From the NCBI GenBank assembly GCA_028826165.1, contig JAPDFW010000057.1, positions 124,001-188,000 on the forward strand: a stretch of 64,000 nucleotides of DNA, given 5' to 3'. This stretch comes from Anaeramoeba ignava BMAN (Eukaryota > Protista > Anaeramoebae). Below the pieces are notes generated by a model that saw nothing but the letters and a program-made list of their open reading frames with translations, was not told where the DNA came from and did not search any database. Within the stretch, counting starts at the first letter, position 1, and each line of letters begins with the position of its first letter. The translations under genes and the position numbers were made by a program. This document shows positions 39,846-52,434 of the stretch, piece by piece.

Positions 39846-42350
39846 TTATTGTTTTTGATGACTTCGAATTTTAAAAATCCAATCATCTCTTTCTGCAGAA
39901 GTATTTGTAGAGAAAACACATTTTCCATCAGAATAATTAATAATAAAACAATTTTTTGTTTTATAAACTTGTTCAGTTCCAAGATAAACTTGATTTTGAC
40001 GAATATCAAGAACTTTTTCAGGTTTTTTATCATTTTTGGAATAAACAATTAAGAAATTTCCAGATAAAATTAAGTTCTTTCTTTTTCCTTTCATTTTACG
40101 GGAAAATAATTTTTTTTTCTGGTTTGAAACTTCGAAAAATTTAACTTCTCCTTCAAGATCAATACTTAAAGGATTATCTCTATTAAATTTAGAAACTAAC
40201 TCATCATAGCTGTCACTTCTTGGTTTGATATTTTCATTTCTAATAATATTTTCTTTTGAAGGTTGTTTAGCAATTTCTTTGACTTCATTTTCCTTTTGTT
40301 TTCTTGGTGTTTTTGGTGTTGTTTCTATGCTTTTTGATGGTGTTCTTTGGATCACATTGACCCATTCATCTTCATTTTGTTGTGAATCAAATTCTTCGCC
40401 CAGTTCAACTTCAAGTGCTTTTCGGAAACTGTTTGATTTTTCAAGTTCAATTTTCATGATTTGCTTTTCGATTTTGGTTCTTTCCAATTCAGTATCAAGC
40501 GAATCAATGATTTGCTCTAAAGCTTCCATTTGAATCAATGCTTCTTCAAGTTGAGTAGTTTTTTGGTTGATATTTTCTGTCAAAATTTGGATAATTGCAT
40601 CTTTTTGTTCTGAAAGATCCTTTTTCAATTTTGTTTGTTGTTCTTTATTTTCTTCGTCTTCTTGATTTTTTTCTTTTTTATTCATATTCATATCATTATT
40701 AATATTATTATTTTTTGATTTCTCAGTTGAAATTAAATTTGCTTTTATTTGTCTCATTAATCGTTTATTTTTCTTTTTCAATTCTTTTTTTTCTTCTTTG
40801 ATTTGAAAGTTTTCATCATATAAATCTGCACATCTATAACTTAATTGCTCTTTTTCTTGTATAATTTTATTGAATTCTTCTTTGGATATTTCACTTTCTT
40901 TTTTTTCAGTTAATTGAGAATATTCCCCCATTTTTAAATTAAGTGATTGAATTTCTTTTTCTAAATTTTTTTGATTTTCTTTTAATTGTTCATTTTCATC
41001 TTCTAAATTTTTTTGATTTTCTTTTAATTTTTCATTTTCTTTTAATTCTTCATTTTCTTTTTGTAATCTTTCAACTTCTTTTTCTAAATTTTTTTGGTTT
41101 TCTTTGAATTGCTCATTTTCTTTTAATTCTTCATTTTCTTTTTGTAATCTTTCATTTTCATCTTCTAAATTTTTTTGATTTTCTTTTAATTTTTCATTTT
41201 CTTTTAATTCCTCATTTTCTTTTTGTAATCTTTCAACTTCCTTTTCTAAATGAGCAATTTCATTTTGAAAAGATTGATTTAATTTTTTGTTATTTTCATT
41301 TTCAGATGAAATTTGGTTGAATTTTTGGTTTGTTTCCTCGATTTTTTTGGGAAAATTTTGATTTTTGATTTCTTTATATTTTGATTTTTTCTTTTGATAT
41401 TTTTGTTCAAATTGGTGACTTTTCAATTCAAGTTGAGAATTTAATTGGGATAATTTTGAGTTTTCTTCAATTTGATTTTTAAGTTCTTCATTGAAATTAT
41501 CTTGAAGTGATGATTCTTTCATAAGTTGAATTTCTTGTTTTAATTCAGAAATAATTTTGATGTAATTTTCAGTTAAAGCATCTTGTTTTTCATTTTCCAA
41601 ATTTTCTTGAAGAGCTAATAAATTTGTGATTTTATTATTTAGTGATTCAATTTCTTCTTTTTGTTTTGAAATTAATTTAGAATCATTTTTGATTTTTTCA
41701 ACGTTTTTTTGTTGTTCTTTTTCATTGTTTTGTTGAGATTCAATTAAGTTTTTAATTTTTTGATTCAACGATTCAATTTCCTCTTTTTGTTTGTTAATTT
41801 TAGTTGAATATTCATCAATTTTATTTTGATTTTGTTGAATAATTTGTGTTAATTTTTCTTGTTTTTGTTGATTTTTTTTTTTTTCATTTATTAATTCGTT
41901 ATTTTTTTCTTCAATTTCTTTATTTTCTTTTAAATTTTGAATTTCTTTTAAATTTTGAATTTCTTTTAAATTTTGAATTTCTTTTTGGAATTCTTTTAAA
42001 TTTTGATCTTTTTCTTGAATTAATTTTTTCAATTCCTTCTTTTTTTTTTTAAATTCATCTGATTTTGATTCACTTTTATTTAATTGTTCTTCTTTAAGTA
42101 AAAATGAAAGCGATTGAACTTTTTCATTTAATCTTTCATTTTCTTTTTTTACATTTTGAAGTTCTTGTTCAAGTTTATCTTTATATTTTTTTAATCCAAT
42201 AATTGTTGTTCTAATTTTATCTTCTGTTTTGTTTGGTTTTCTTTCGTATGAAAATTTAAATACATTTTGAATTGGTTTTTTGCTTTTCTGTTCAAAAATT
42301 GAAGCAATTTGTGAAACTTTTCCTGTACTTAATTCATCAACGTTTGCCAT
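39846..42350 (-). CDS. Long coiled-coil protein with a C-terminal PH domain; intronless
   Basis: 834-aa ORF with internal 27-aa repeats (ERLQKENEELKENEKLKENQKNLE); C-terminus LILSGNFLIVY..VFSTNTSAERDDWIFKI is PH-like. Confidence 0.85.
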   Translation of the reverse strand: MANVDELSTGKVSQIASIFEQKSKKPIQNVFKFSYERKPNKTEDKIRTTIIGLKKYKDKLEQELQNVKKENERLNEKVQSLSFLLKEEQLNKSESKSDEFKKKKKELKKLIQEKDQNLKEFQKEIQNLKEIQNLKEIQNLKENKEIEEKNNELINEKKKNQQKQEKLTQIIQQNQNKIDEYSTKINKQKEEIESLNQKIKNLIESQQNNEKEQQKNVEKIKNDSKLISKQKEEIESLNNKITNLLALQENLENEKQDALTENYIKIISELKQEIQLMKESSLQDNFNEELKNQIEENSKLSQLNSQLELKSHQFEQKYQKKKSKYKEIKNQNFPKKIEETNQKFNQISSENENNKKLNQSFQNEIAHLEKEVERLQKENEELKENEKLKENQKNLEDENERLQKENEELKENEQFKENQKNLEKEVERLQKENEELKENEKLKENQKNLEDENEQLKENQKNLEKEIQSLNLKMGEYSQLTEKKESEISKEEFNKIIQEKEQLSYRCADLYDENFQIKEEKKELKKKNKRLMRQIKANLISTEKSKNNNINNDMNMNKKEKNQEDEENKEQQTKLKKDLSEQKDAIIQILTENINQKTTQLEEALIQMEALEQIIDSLDTELERTKIEKQIMKIELEKSNSFRKALEVELGEEFDSQQNEDEWVNVIQRTPSKSIETTPKTPRKQKENEVKEIAKQPSKENIIRNENIKPRSDSYDELVSKFNRDNPLSIDLEGEVKFFEVSNQKKKLFSRKMKGKRKNLILSGNFLIVYSKNDKKPEKVLDIRQNQVYLGTEQVYKTKNCFIINYSDGKCVFSTNTSAERDDWIFKIRSHQKQ

Positions 42351-42804
42351 TGAAAAATATTAAAAAAAAAATGAAAAATAAAAAAATGAAATAATTAAAA
42401 TAAAAAATTAAATTAAAAAAAAATTAGTAATTTTAATTTTAAAATTAATAATCGATCTTCTTTTAATTGTTTATTAAATAAAAATTTAAAGAAAATTAGA
42501 AATTAATTAATTTAGATTTAATAAATAAAAATTTAAAGAAAATTAAAAATTAATTACTTTAGATTTATTAAATAAAAATTAAAAGAAAATTAGAAATAGA
42601 TTTATTTAGATTTAATTAATAAAAATTTAAAAGAAAATTGGAAATTGATTATTTTATTTCAATTTTGTTTTTTGTGTTTTTTGTGTTTTATGTTTTTTAT
42701 GTTTTTTGTGTTTTTTGTGTTTTTTGTGTTTTTTGATCAAAAATTTTGATCATTTTTCTTTTAGATCTTATTTTTTGGAAAGAAAATTTTGAAAAATTTA
42801 TTAA

Positions 42805-43845
42805 ATGAATTCAAATACATCTTTAATTGAACAACTTAAGCAAAATGGATATGAAAATGTACCCAAAGAAGTTTTAGATGAATTTTTATGGTTAATGAAA
42901 CAACACAAAGAAGAAAATGAAGAAGAAATAGAAAAAAGATCACTTTCTTCTTTTTCAATTTATTCAGAAGATTTTTCAACAGAAATAAATTCAGAAACAA
43001 ATTCAGAAACAAATTCAGAAACAGAAACATATTCGATTTTAGATTCATTTTCAAATCAAACAATAAATGAGAGTTTGAGTGATTTTCCATCTTTTTCAAG
43101 TGAAGAAAGTATTCAAAATGTTAGTTTTCCTTCTTTCCCATCATTTTCTTCATTTTCTTCATTTTCAAATATTCCAAATCAAAATCAAAATCAAAATCAA
43201 ATTCAAAATCAAAATCAAAATCAAAATCAAAATCAAAATCAAAATCAAAATCAAAAATCAATTTCAAAATCAAAATCAAAATCCAAAATCAAAATCAAAA
43301 TCAAAATCTTTATTCAAAAATTAAACAAAAATCAAAAAAATCAAAATCAAAATCAAAATCAAAATCAAAATCAAAATCAAAATCAAAATCAAAATCAAAA
43401 TCAAAATCAAAATCAAAATCAAATCAAAATCAAAATCAAAATCAAAATCAAAATCAAAATCAAAATCAAAATCAAAATCAAAATCAAAATCAAAATCAAA
43501 ATCAAAATCAAAATCAAAATCAAAATCAAAATCAAAATCAAAATCAAAATCAAAATCAAAATCAAAATAAAAATCAAAATCAAAATCAAAATCAAAATCA
43601 AAATCAAAATCAAAATCAAAATCAAATTCAAAATCAAAATCAAAATCAAAATCAAAATCAAAATCAAAATCAAAATCAAATTCAAAATCAAAATCAAATT
43701 CAAAATCATAATCAAAATCAAAATCAATTTCAATTTCAAAATCAAAATCAAAATCAAAATCAAAATCAAAATCAAAATCAAAATCAAAAATTTTTTCCGT
43801 TTTTTAGAAATTCATTTTTTTCTTTTTTTTGTTTTTAAAAAATAA
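42805..43845 (+). CDS. ORF with a possible HYLS1-like N-terminal motif, running into a (CAAAAT)n array; apparently truncated
   Basis: LIEQLKQNGYENVPKEVLDEFL, then an acidic/Ser-rich region, then QN/IK repeat translation. Confidence 0.5.
   Translation: MNSNTSLIEQLKQNGYENVPKEVLDEFLWLMKQHKEENEEEIEKRSLSSFSIYSEDFSTEINSETNSETNSETETYSILDSFSNQTINESLSDFPSFSSEESIQNVSFPSFPSFSSFSSFSNIPNQNQNQNQIQNQNQNQNQNQNQNQNQKSISKSKSKSKIKIKIKIFIQKLNKNQKNQNQNQNQNQNQNQNQNQNQNQNQNQNQIKIKIKIKIKIKIKIKIKIKIKIKIKIKIKIKIKIKIKIKIKIKIKIKIKIKIKIKIKIKIKIKIKIKFKIKIKIKIKIKIKIKIKFKIKIKFKIIIKIKINFNFKIKIKIKIKIKIKIKIKNFFRFLEIHFFLFFVFKK
43177..43790. repeat. (CAAAAT)n hexamer array
   Basis: About 600 bp of visible tandem repeat. Confidence 0.95.
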
Positions 43846-43862
43846 AATTTCAACTACAAAAA

Positions 43863-46800
43863 ATGGATATAAATCAAGATACCAATCAAGATACCAATCA
43901 AATAAGTAATGAAAAAAAAGGAAAAGAAACCAAAAGTTTAGTTCGAAGGTTTATAAAGTGTTGCTTAATGAACAAAAAAGTTGCTTTAGATAATTTTAAA
44001 AAAGAAAATCCGAAAACAGGTGATTATATCAATCAATATTTAGGAAAAACATTCCCATTATTTTGTTCAGTTTTTGAAAAAAAAAATGAATCAGTTGAAT
44101 GGCTAATTGAAAATCATGCAGATATTAATCAAATCACAAAAATATATGGAACACCATCAATATCTGCTGCATGCATGATAGGAGATAAGACAATTTTTAA
44201 CTTACTTTATCCTAAAAAACATGACAAAGATGGAAATAGTCAAATCAAAGGTAAATATGAAAAAGCGAATATTGATATTATTGATGCAAACAGTTGGTGT
44301 CCATTTAGGCTGGCTTGTTTTCATGGACATATAGATATTGTTAAAATTTTATTACCTAAAATTCTTAAAAATCACAAAAAGTAAATAAATTGATTTAATA
44401 TTTAATAAATAAATTGAATTAATATTTAATAAATAAATTGATTTAATATTTAATAAATAATTTAAATTAATATTTAATAAATAATTTAAATTAATATTTA
44501 ATAAATAAATTGAATTAATATTTAATAAATAATTTGAATTAATATTTAATAAATAAATTGAATTAATATTTAATAAATAATTTAAATTAATATTTAATAA
44601 ATAATTTGATTTAATATTTAATAAATAAATTGATTTAATATTTAATAAATAAATTGAATTAATATTTAATAAATAAATTGATTTAATATTTAATAAATAA
44701 TTTAAATTAATATTTAATAAATAAATTTAAATTTAATATTTAATAAATAATTTAAATTAATATTTGATTAATAAATTGAATTAATATTTAATAAATAATT
44801 TTTAAATTAATATTTAATAAATAATTTAAAATTAATATTTAATAAAATAATTTAAATTAATATTTAATAAATAATTAAATTAATATTTAATAAATAATTT
44901 AAATTAATATTTAATAAATAATTTGAATTAATATTTAATTAATAATTTAAATTAATATTTAATAAATAATTTGATTTAATATTTAATAAATAAATTGATT
45001 TAATATTTAATAAATAAATTGATTTAATATTTAATAAATAATTTGAAAATTAATATTTAATAAATAATTTAAATTAATATTTAATAAATAATTTGATTTA
45101 ATATTTAATAAATAATTTAAATTAATATTTAATAAATAAAATTGATTTTTAATATTTAATAAATAATTTAAATTAATATTTAATAAATAATTTTAAATTA
45201 ATATTTAATAAATAATTTGAATTAATATTTAATAAATAATTTAAATTAATATTTGATTAATAAATTGAATTAATATTTAATAAATAAATTGATTTAATAT
45301 TTAATAAATAATTTGATTTAATATTTAATAAATAAATTGAATTAATATTTAATAAATAATTTAAATTAATATTTAATTAATAATTTAAATTAATATTTAA
45401 TAAATAATTTAAATTAATATTTAATAAATAATTTGAATTAATATTTAATAAATAATTTAAATTAATATTTAATAAATAAATTGATTTAATATTTAATAAA
45501 TAAATTGATTTAATATTTAATTAATAAATTGAATTAATATTTAATAAATAATTTAAATTAATATTTAATAAATAAATTGATTTAATATTTAATAAATAAA
45601 TAGATCATTACTAAATCAAATAAATCCAAAAGATGAAAAAAATCCAAAAGATGAAAAAAATCCAAAAAATCCAAAAAATCCAAAAAATCCAAAAAATCGA
45701 AAAAATCGAAAAAATAAAAAAAATCAAAAAAATCAAAAAAATTCCCTCATTCACAATCTTAATGAAGATCCAACTCAGGAAGGTAAAAATCAAACTACGG
45801 CCTTATCTGCTGGAGCTTTTTATGCAATACAAAATAACCAAGAACAAATTTTAAAAACAATATTCGAAACATATATGGAATTTGCAAATAAAAACGATCA
45901 AAAATCTATATTCGCTTCAGACGGAAATGAGAATATAAACAAATTTGAATTGTATTCTCAACTAAAATTTCCAAATGAAAAAAATAATACACTTCTTCAT
46001 TTCTCATGTGCAAATGGGAAAAAGGAGATTACTGAGTATTTGATTGCAAATGGTTTTCCTGTAAATGAAAAAAATATTTTTGGTATTACTCCTTTATATC
46101 TTGCAACTTCAGAAAATCATAAGAATATTGTAGATATTTTACTCAAAAAAACAAATGGAAAACCTCTCGCGGATTTAAAAAAAAAGGATAATGTAAATTT
46201 TGGAAAATATCAAAAATACCAAAAGAAATTTTTTGAATTAATTTTTAATTTTAAACAAAAACAAAAACAAAAACAAAAACAAAAACAAAAAACAAAAAAC
46301 AAAAACTAAAACTAAAAAACCCAAAACTAAAACTAAACAAAAAAAAACCAAAAACAAAAACAAAAACAAAAACAAAAACAAAATTAGAAACTAAAAACAA
46401 AAACTCAAAAATTATAAAATTTAAAACTAAATTTAAAACTAAATTTAAAATTAAATTTAAAACAATTTTAAAATTAGAATTTCAAAAATTAAATTTAAAA
46501 TTAGATTTAAAATTAAATTTAAAATTAGATTTAAAATTAGATTTAAAATTATATTTAAAATTAGATTTAAAATTAAATTTAAAATTATATTTAAAATTAT
46601 ATTTAAAATTAGATTTAAAATTATATTTAAAATTATAATTAAATTTAAATTTAGATTTAAAATTAGATTTAAATTTAAAATTAGATTTAAAATTAGATTT
46701 AGATTTAGATTTAAAATTATAATTAGAATTAAAATTAGATTTAAAATTAGATTTAAAATTAGATTTAGATTTAGATTTAAAATTAGATTTAAAATTAGAT

Positions 46801-48408
46801 TTAAAATTATATTTAAAATTAAATTTAAAATTAAATTTAAAAATTATAAATTTAAAATTAGATTTAAAATTAGATTTAGATTTAGAATGAAAATTAAAAA
46901 TAAAATCAAAAATAAAAATAACTTTTTTGTAAAACAAAAAGGGATGGAGTCCTGTTCATGTTGCTTGTTATAAAGGACATTACAAAATTCTTCGAAAATT
47001 TCTTGAACACCAAGAAGGATTGGATTTATTCTTTGATAAGGAAAAAGAAAATAAAAATAAAAATAAAAATAAAGTAGAAAAACCAAAAGCACCAAATAGC
47101 ATAACTCTTCTTCTTCAAAGCAAAAAACCATTGAGTCTTCGTAAATTTGCTCTTTTAGTAAAAGATCAATTATATCCTCGAAACAAAAATGAAAATGAAA
47201 ATCAAAATCAAAATCAAAATGAAAATCAAAATCAAAATCAAAATCAAAATCAAAATCAAAATCAAAATCAAAATCAAAATGAAAATCAAAATCAAAATCA
47301 AAATTTAATTAAAAGAGGATTTCTATATCAAAATTTAGGTCGAAATCGATATAATTATCAATATCAACTTCAAAAACAACAATATTTCCAAAATCTAAAT
47401 CAAAATCAAAATCAAAATCAAAATCAAAATCAAAATCAAAATCAAAATCAAAATCAAAATCAAAATCAAATTGAAAATCAAATTGAAAATCAAATTGAAA
47501 ATCAAAATCAAAATCAAAATCAAAATCAAATTGAAAATCAAAATCAAAATCAAAATCAAAATCAAAATCAAAATCAAATTGAAAATCAAAATCAAATTGA
47601 AAATCAAATTGAAATTGAAATTCAAAATCAAAATCAAAATGAAATTGAACTTCCCGAAATTTGGTTCCACAAAATAATTTTATGGCAAAATCAACAAAAT
47701 GTTTTTATTGCAAATTTTGCAGGAAGACAAATTCTTGTGAAAGATTTTTCAAATTCATCAACATTAACAGCATTAGAATCATTTCAAAACGAAAAAAACA
47801 TAATTGGCATCAAGCATCCAAACATAGTATCACTAATTGGATCATATGAAATATATCGATCTGAAGGAAATCACATGATTCACATTTTCCGAAATTGCAA
47901 AACAACACTTTTAATATATTTAGAAGAAAACGAATTGTCAATAAAAGAAAAAGGAGAAATAATTTTAAAAATATCGGAAGCAATTTCTTTTCTTCATCAA
48001 AAGGGAATTGTTCATCGAAATTTGAGCATGCAAAATATTTGGATTGGTGAAGATAATCAACCAAAAATAGCAAATTTTGATTTGAGTTCAAACGCAAAAA
48101 AATTTCGAAATTCGAGTTCTTCATTACAATTAATGGCTCCTGAAGTGTTGAATTTTCAACCTTATGATTTTCCTGCTGATATTTATTCTTTTGGTTTACT
48201 TGCTTTCCAAATTATTACTCAACAAATTATTCCTGAAAATGTTATGATGAGTTCTTTGCCTAAATTAAATATTTATGAAATTATTGATATTTCTAAAGAT
48301 ATTCCTTTTTATCAATTGATTATAGGTTGTATTGCTGAAAATCCTTTAGAGAGATTTTTGATTTCAGAAGCAATTGATAGAATTAAGTCTGAACTTGAAA
48401 ATTATTAA
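43863..48408 (+). CDS. Ankyrin-repeat, QN-tract, TKL-type pseudokinase; exons 43863-44380, 45604-46192, (46886-46888?), 46942-48408
   Basis: Ankyrin motifs (WCPFRLAC, NTLLHFSC, GITPLYLA, GWSPVHVAC). Kinase fold with HRNLS, ANFD, MAPE and DIYSFG. Confidence 0.85.
44382..45600. repeat. Intronic 24-bp minisatellite (TAATATTTAATAAATAATTTAAAT)n
   Basis: Fills intron 1 of the ankyrin-kinase gene. Confidence 0.95.
46420..46885. repeat. Intronic 12-bp minisatellite (TTTAAAATTAGA)n
   Basis: Second intron of the ankyrin-kinase gene. Confidence 0.9.
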
Positions 48409-48870
48409 AATGAAATGAAAAATAAAATGAAATGAAATTTGATTAAAACATGAAATGAAATGAAATGAAAATGAAATGAAATGAAATGAAATGAAATGAA
48501 ATGAAATGAAATGAAATGAAAAATAAAATGAAATGAAATGAAATGAAAAATGAAATGAAATGAAAATGAAAAATAAAATGAAATGAAAATGAAATTTGAT
48601 TAAAACATGAAATGAAAAAGAAAATGAAATGAAATGAAAAATAAAATGAAATGAAAAAAAAATGAAATGAAAATGAAAAATAAAATGAAATGAAAATGAA
48701 ATTTGATTAAAACATGAAATGAAAAATAAAATAAAATGAAATGAAAAAGGAAATGAAAATGAAATTTGATTAAAACATGAAATGAAAAATAAAATAAAAT
48801 GAAATTTGATTAAAACATGAAATGAAAAATAAAAGAAAATAAAAGAAAATAAAATGAAATTTGATTAAAA
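48408..48870. repeat. (GAAAT)n pentamer satellite with recurring GAAATTTGATTAAAACAT units
   Basis: Between the convergent stops of the kinase and PDI genes. Confidence 0.9.
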
Positions 48871-48950
48871 ATGGCACTTTTTTATTTTTCTTTTTTTTTT
48901 TTTGATTTGAAAAAAAAGAATCGAATCCAAAATTTCAAACTTCAATTTTA

Positions 48951-51900
48951 TTATAATTCGTCTTTTTCTTGATCATTTTTTTTTGGTTTTTTTTTTAATC
49001 TTTTTTGATTTTTGTTTCTGTTTATCTTTTTCTTTTTTTGATTTGATTTTCCTTCAACATTTTCTAAATAAAATTCTGTAAGACTTTTAACTGTTAAATC
49101 TATCTTTTGATAAAGGATTGGATTTGATTTATCATTTTTTTTCAATAACCAAATTGCTGGAATTTGATGATTGATTTTTGAATCTAAAATGGTATTTCTT
49201 AATCCATCAATTTTAGCAACAATTAAATTTTCATTTTCTTGAATTTTTTGAGCAAATTCTTGCAAAATTTGATAAATGTGATCGAATTCTATTTTTAATT
49301 TTTAATTTTTAATTTTTAATTTTTAATTTTTAATATTTAATTTTTAATTTTCAATTTTTAATTTTTAATTTTTAATTTTTAATTTTTAATTTTTAATTTT
49401 TAATAAAAACCTTTTGATTCTGAGAAATTGTTCAAAGATGTATAAACAAAAAGAATGATATCCTTTTCATTAAGATTTATCATTTCATTCCAATTTGAAT
49501 AAACAACTTTTTTAATTGGTTCCTCATTTGATTCTAGAATTGGTTCTGATTTTGTTGTTGTTTCAAGATTTCCTTGAAAAAAACTGAAAAAATTTCAAAA
49601 AAAAAGAAAAGAAAGAAAGAAATCAATTTTTTTTTGGATTTTCTTCTTTTTCTTATTCTTGATTTTTTGTTGAATTTTTTTTTTAAAATGGATTAATTTA
49701 TTTTACTCGTTAATAAAAGAAGTAAGAGAATTGATTGAAAATTCAGAATCCATTCGATAAAATTCCAACTAAAAAATTATAATTAGAATTGAAAATAAAA
49801 AATTTTAACTTTTTTTTTTGTTGATAAATATAATCAAAAGTATTTCATTACTAAATTAGAACTAAAAATGGTAAAAGAAGGTAATTTTGAAATTTGAAAG
49901 AATTCAGTAAAGTAATTGAATTCTAAATGATCATTTTGGAGATAAAAAAATTTCATTTTTGATTGAAAAGATTTTGCTAATTTTTTTAAACTGCGAAAAA
50001 ATTCATCATTTTCATCTTGATCAAACACAAATATACCAAAAGGAAAACCACTATCTTTCATAGATGATATTTCTTTTTGAGAAAAAATATATAAAGATGG
50101 TTCTTGAATGGATTGAATAAACTTGAATATTAAAACATTTTTTTAAATTGATTTTTTTTTGGATTAATTTTTTTAAATTGATTTTTTTGAATTAAATTTT
50201 TTGAATTAAATTTTTTGAATTAAATTTTTTGAATTAAATTTTTTTGAATTAAATTTTTTGAATTAAATTTTTTTGAATTAAATTTTATTAAATTAAATTT
50301 TTGAATTGATTTTTTTGAATTAAATTTTTGAATTGATTTTTGAATTGGGATTTTTTTTGAATTAAATTTTTGAATTGATTTTTGGATTAAATTTTTGAAT
50401 TAAATTTTTGGATTGAAATTAACCTCAATTTTTAAATCAATTTTTGTATGCAAATTTCCCAAATTGATTTTTGAAGTATTTTCAAAATCAATTTTTCGAA
50501 AAACAATTGAAGGATTTTTGATCTAATTGAATATATGAATGAAATTTCAGAATTTTTGGATTAATTTTTAAATTGGAAAATTTTTGAATTAAAAGAATTA
50601 AATTTTTGAATTAAATTTTTGATTTGACTTTAAATTAATTTTTGATTCAAGATAATTCAAAGAATTAAATTTTTAAAAAAGAAATAATTTTTGAATTTAA
50701 ATTTGAATTTGATTTTGAATTTGATTTTGAATTTAATTTTCAATTTGATTTTGAATTTGATTTTGAATTTAATTTTCAATTTGATTTTGATTTTGAATTT
50801 GAATTTGATTTTGATTTTAATTTTGATTTTGATTTTGATTTTGATTTTGATTTTGATTTTGATTTTGATTTTGATTTTGATTTTGATTTTGTAATTTTAC
50901 TTTCTTCATCTGGTTCATTGTCAAATAAGAAAATTCCTGAAAATGTTAAGTTTTGTTGAAATTCAACCATTTCTTGAAAAGATTCAATACGATAAATAAG
51001 TGGAAAATCAACTCTATAAAACAATTTTTAATTTTTAATTTTTAATTTTTAATTTTTAATAAAAGTAAATTACTTTGTAAAATAAAAAACTAATTCAGAA
51101 ATATTAATTTGTTGTTCAAAATCTTGATAAAATTTGCCATTTTTATAGGTTTTAATTGTAGGAAAAGATTCAGTATAGTCGTCACAATAATAATCAAATT
51201 CATAACAATTAATAACACCAAATTTAACTTTTGATATATTTTGTAATAAATACGCAGCACGAAAGATTGTTTCCTGAAACTAATTTTATAAATAGTTTTA
51301 TATTTAATTTAATAATTAATTTTATAAATAATTTTATAAATAATTTTATAAATAATTTTATATTTAATTTTATAAATAATTTTATAAATAATTTTATTAA
51401 TAATTTTATAAATAATTTTATATATAATTTTATAAATAATTTTATAAATAATTTTATAAATAATTTTATAAATAATTTTATAAATAATTTTATAAATAAT
51501 TTTATAAATAATTTTATAAATAATTTTATAAATAATTTTATAAATAATTTTATAAATAGTTTTATATTTAATTTTATATTTAATTTTATAAATAATTTTA
51601 TATTTAATTTTATAAATAATTTTAATAAATAATTTTATAAATAATTTTATAAATAATTTAATAAATAATTTTATAAATAATTTTATAAATAATTTTATAA
51701 ATAATTTTATAAATAATTTTATAAATAATTTAATAAATAATTTTATAAAATAATTTTATAAATAATTTAATAAATAATTTTATAAATAATTTTTATATAT
51801 AATTTTATATATAATTTTATAAATAATTTTATAAATAATTATATAAATAATTTTATAAATATTTTATAAATAATTTTATAAATAATTTTATATTTAATTT

Positions 51901-52434
51901 TATATTTAATTTTATAAATAATTTTATAAATAATTTTATAAATAATATTGTAAATAATTTTATAAATAATTTTATAATTAATATTGTAAATAATTTTATA
52001 AATAATTTTATATTTAATATAATAATTAATTTTATATTTAATTTTTATATTTAATTTTATATTTAATATTGTAAATAATTTTATAAATAATTTTATAAAT
52101 AATTTTATATTTAATATTGTAAATTGGAATATCGAAAAATAAATAAATTGAAAATAAATAAAAATACTTTTTCAATATCCTTTTGATAAGGAGAGAAAAA
52201 AATAATTGAAGCAACTTCATAACTTTGGATAAACTTTTCTAAGTCTTCGCCTGTTAAAGCAATAATTGGTTGTGGTTTTGTTTGTTCATTTTGATTTTGA
52301 TTTTGATTTTGATTTTCATTTTGATTTTCATTTTCATTTTGATTTGTTTCTTTATTTGCATATTCTTGACAAAAAGAAAATTGAAGAAAGAAAATTAAAA
52401 AAATTAAAATTAAAATTAAAAAGAAATATTTCAT
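48951..52434 (-). CDS. PDI-family ER protein (thioredoxin folds, signal peptide, KDEL) lacking CXXC motifs; multi-exon
   Basis: Hydrophobic signal MKYFFLILIL.., KFGVINC..ESFPTIKTYKNGK, LIVAKIDG and C-terminal KDEL. One exon junction (50525-50900) does not phase cleanly. Confidence 0.8.
51282..52115. repeat. Intronic 12-bp minisatellite (TTTTATAAATAA)n
   Basis: PDI intron 1; same motif as the RRP7 intron. Confidence 0.95.

Noticed and set aside
46420-46885. Interstitial telomeric repeat (TTAGA-containing)
   Set aside because: There are no G-runs; it is a 12-bp AT array like those in other introns.
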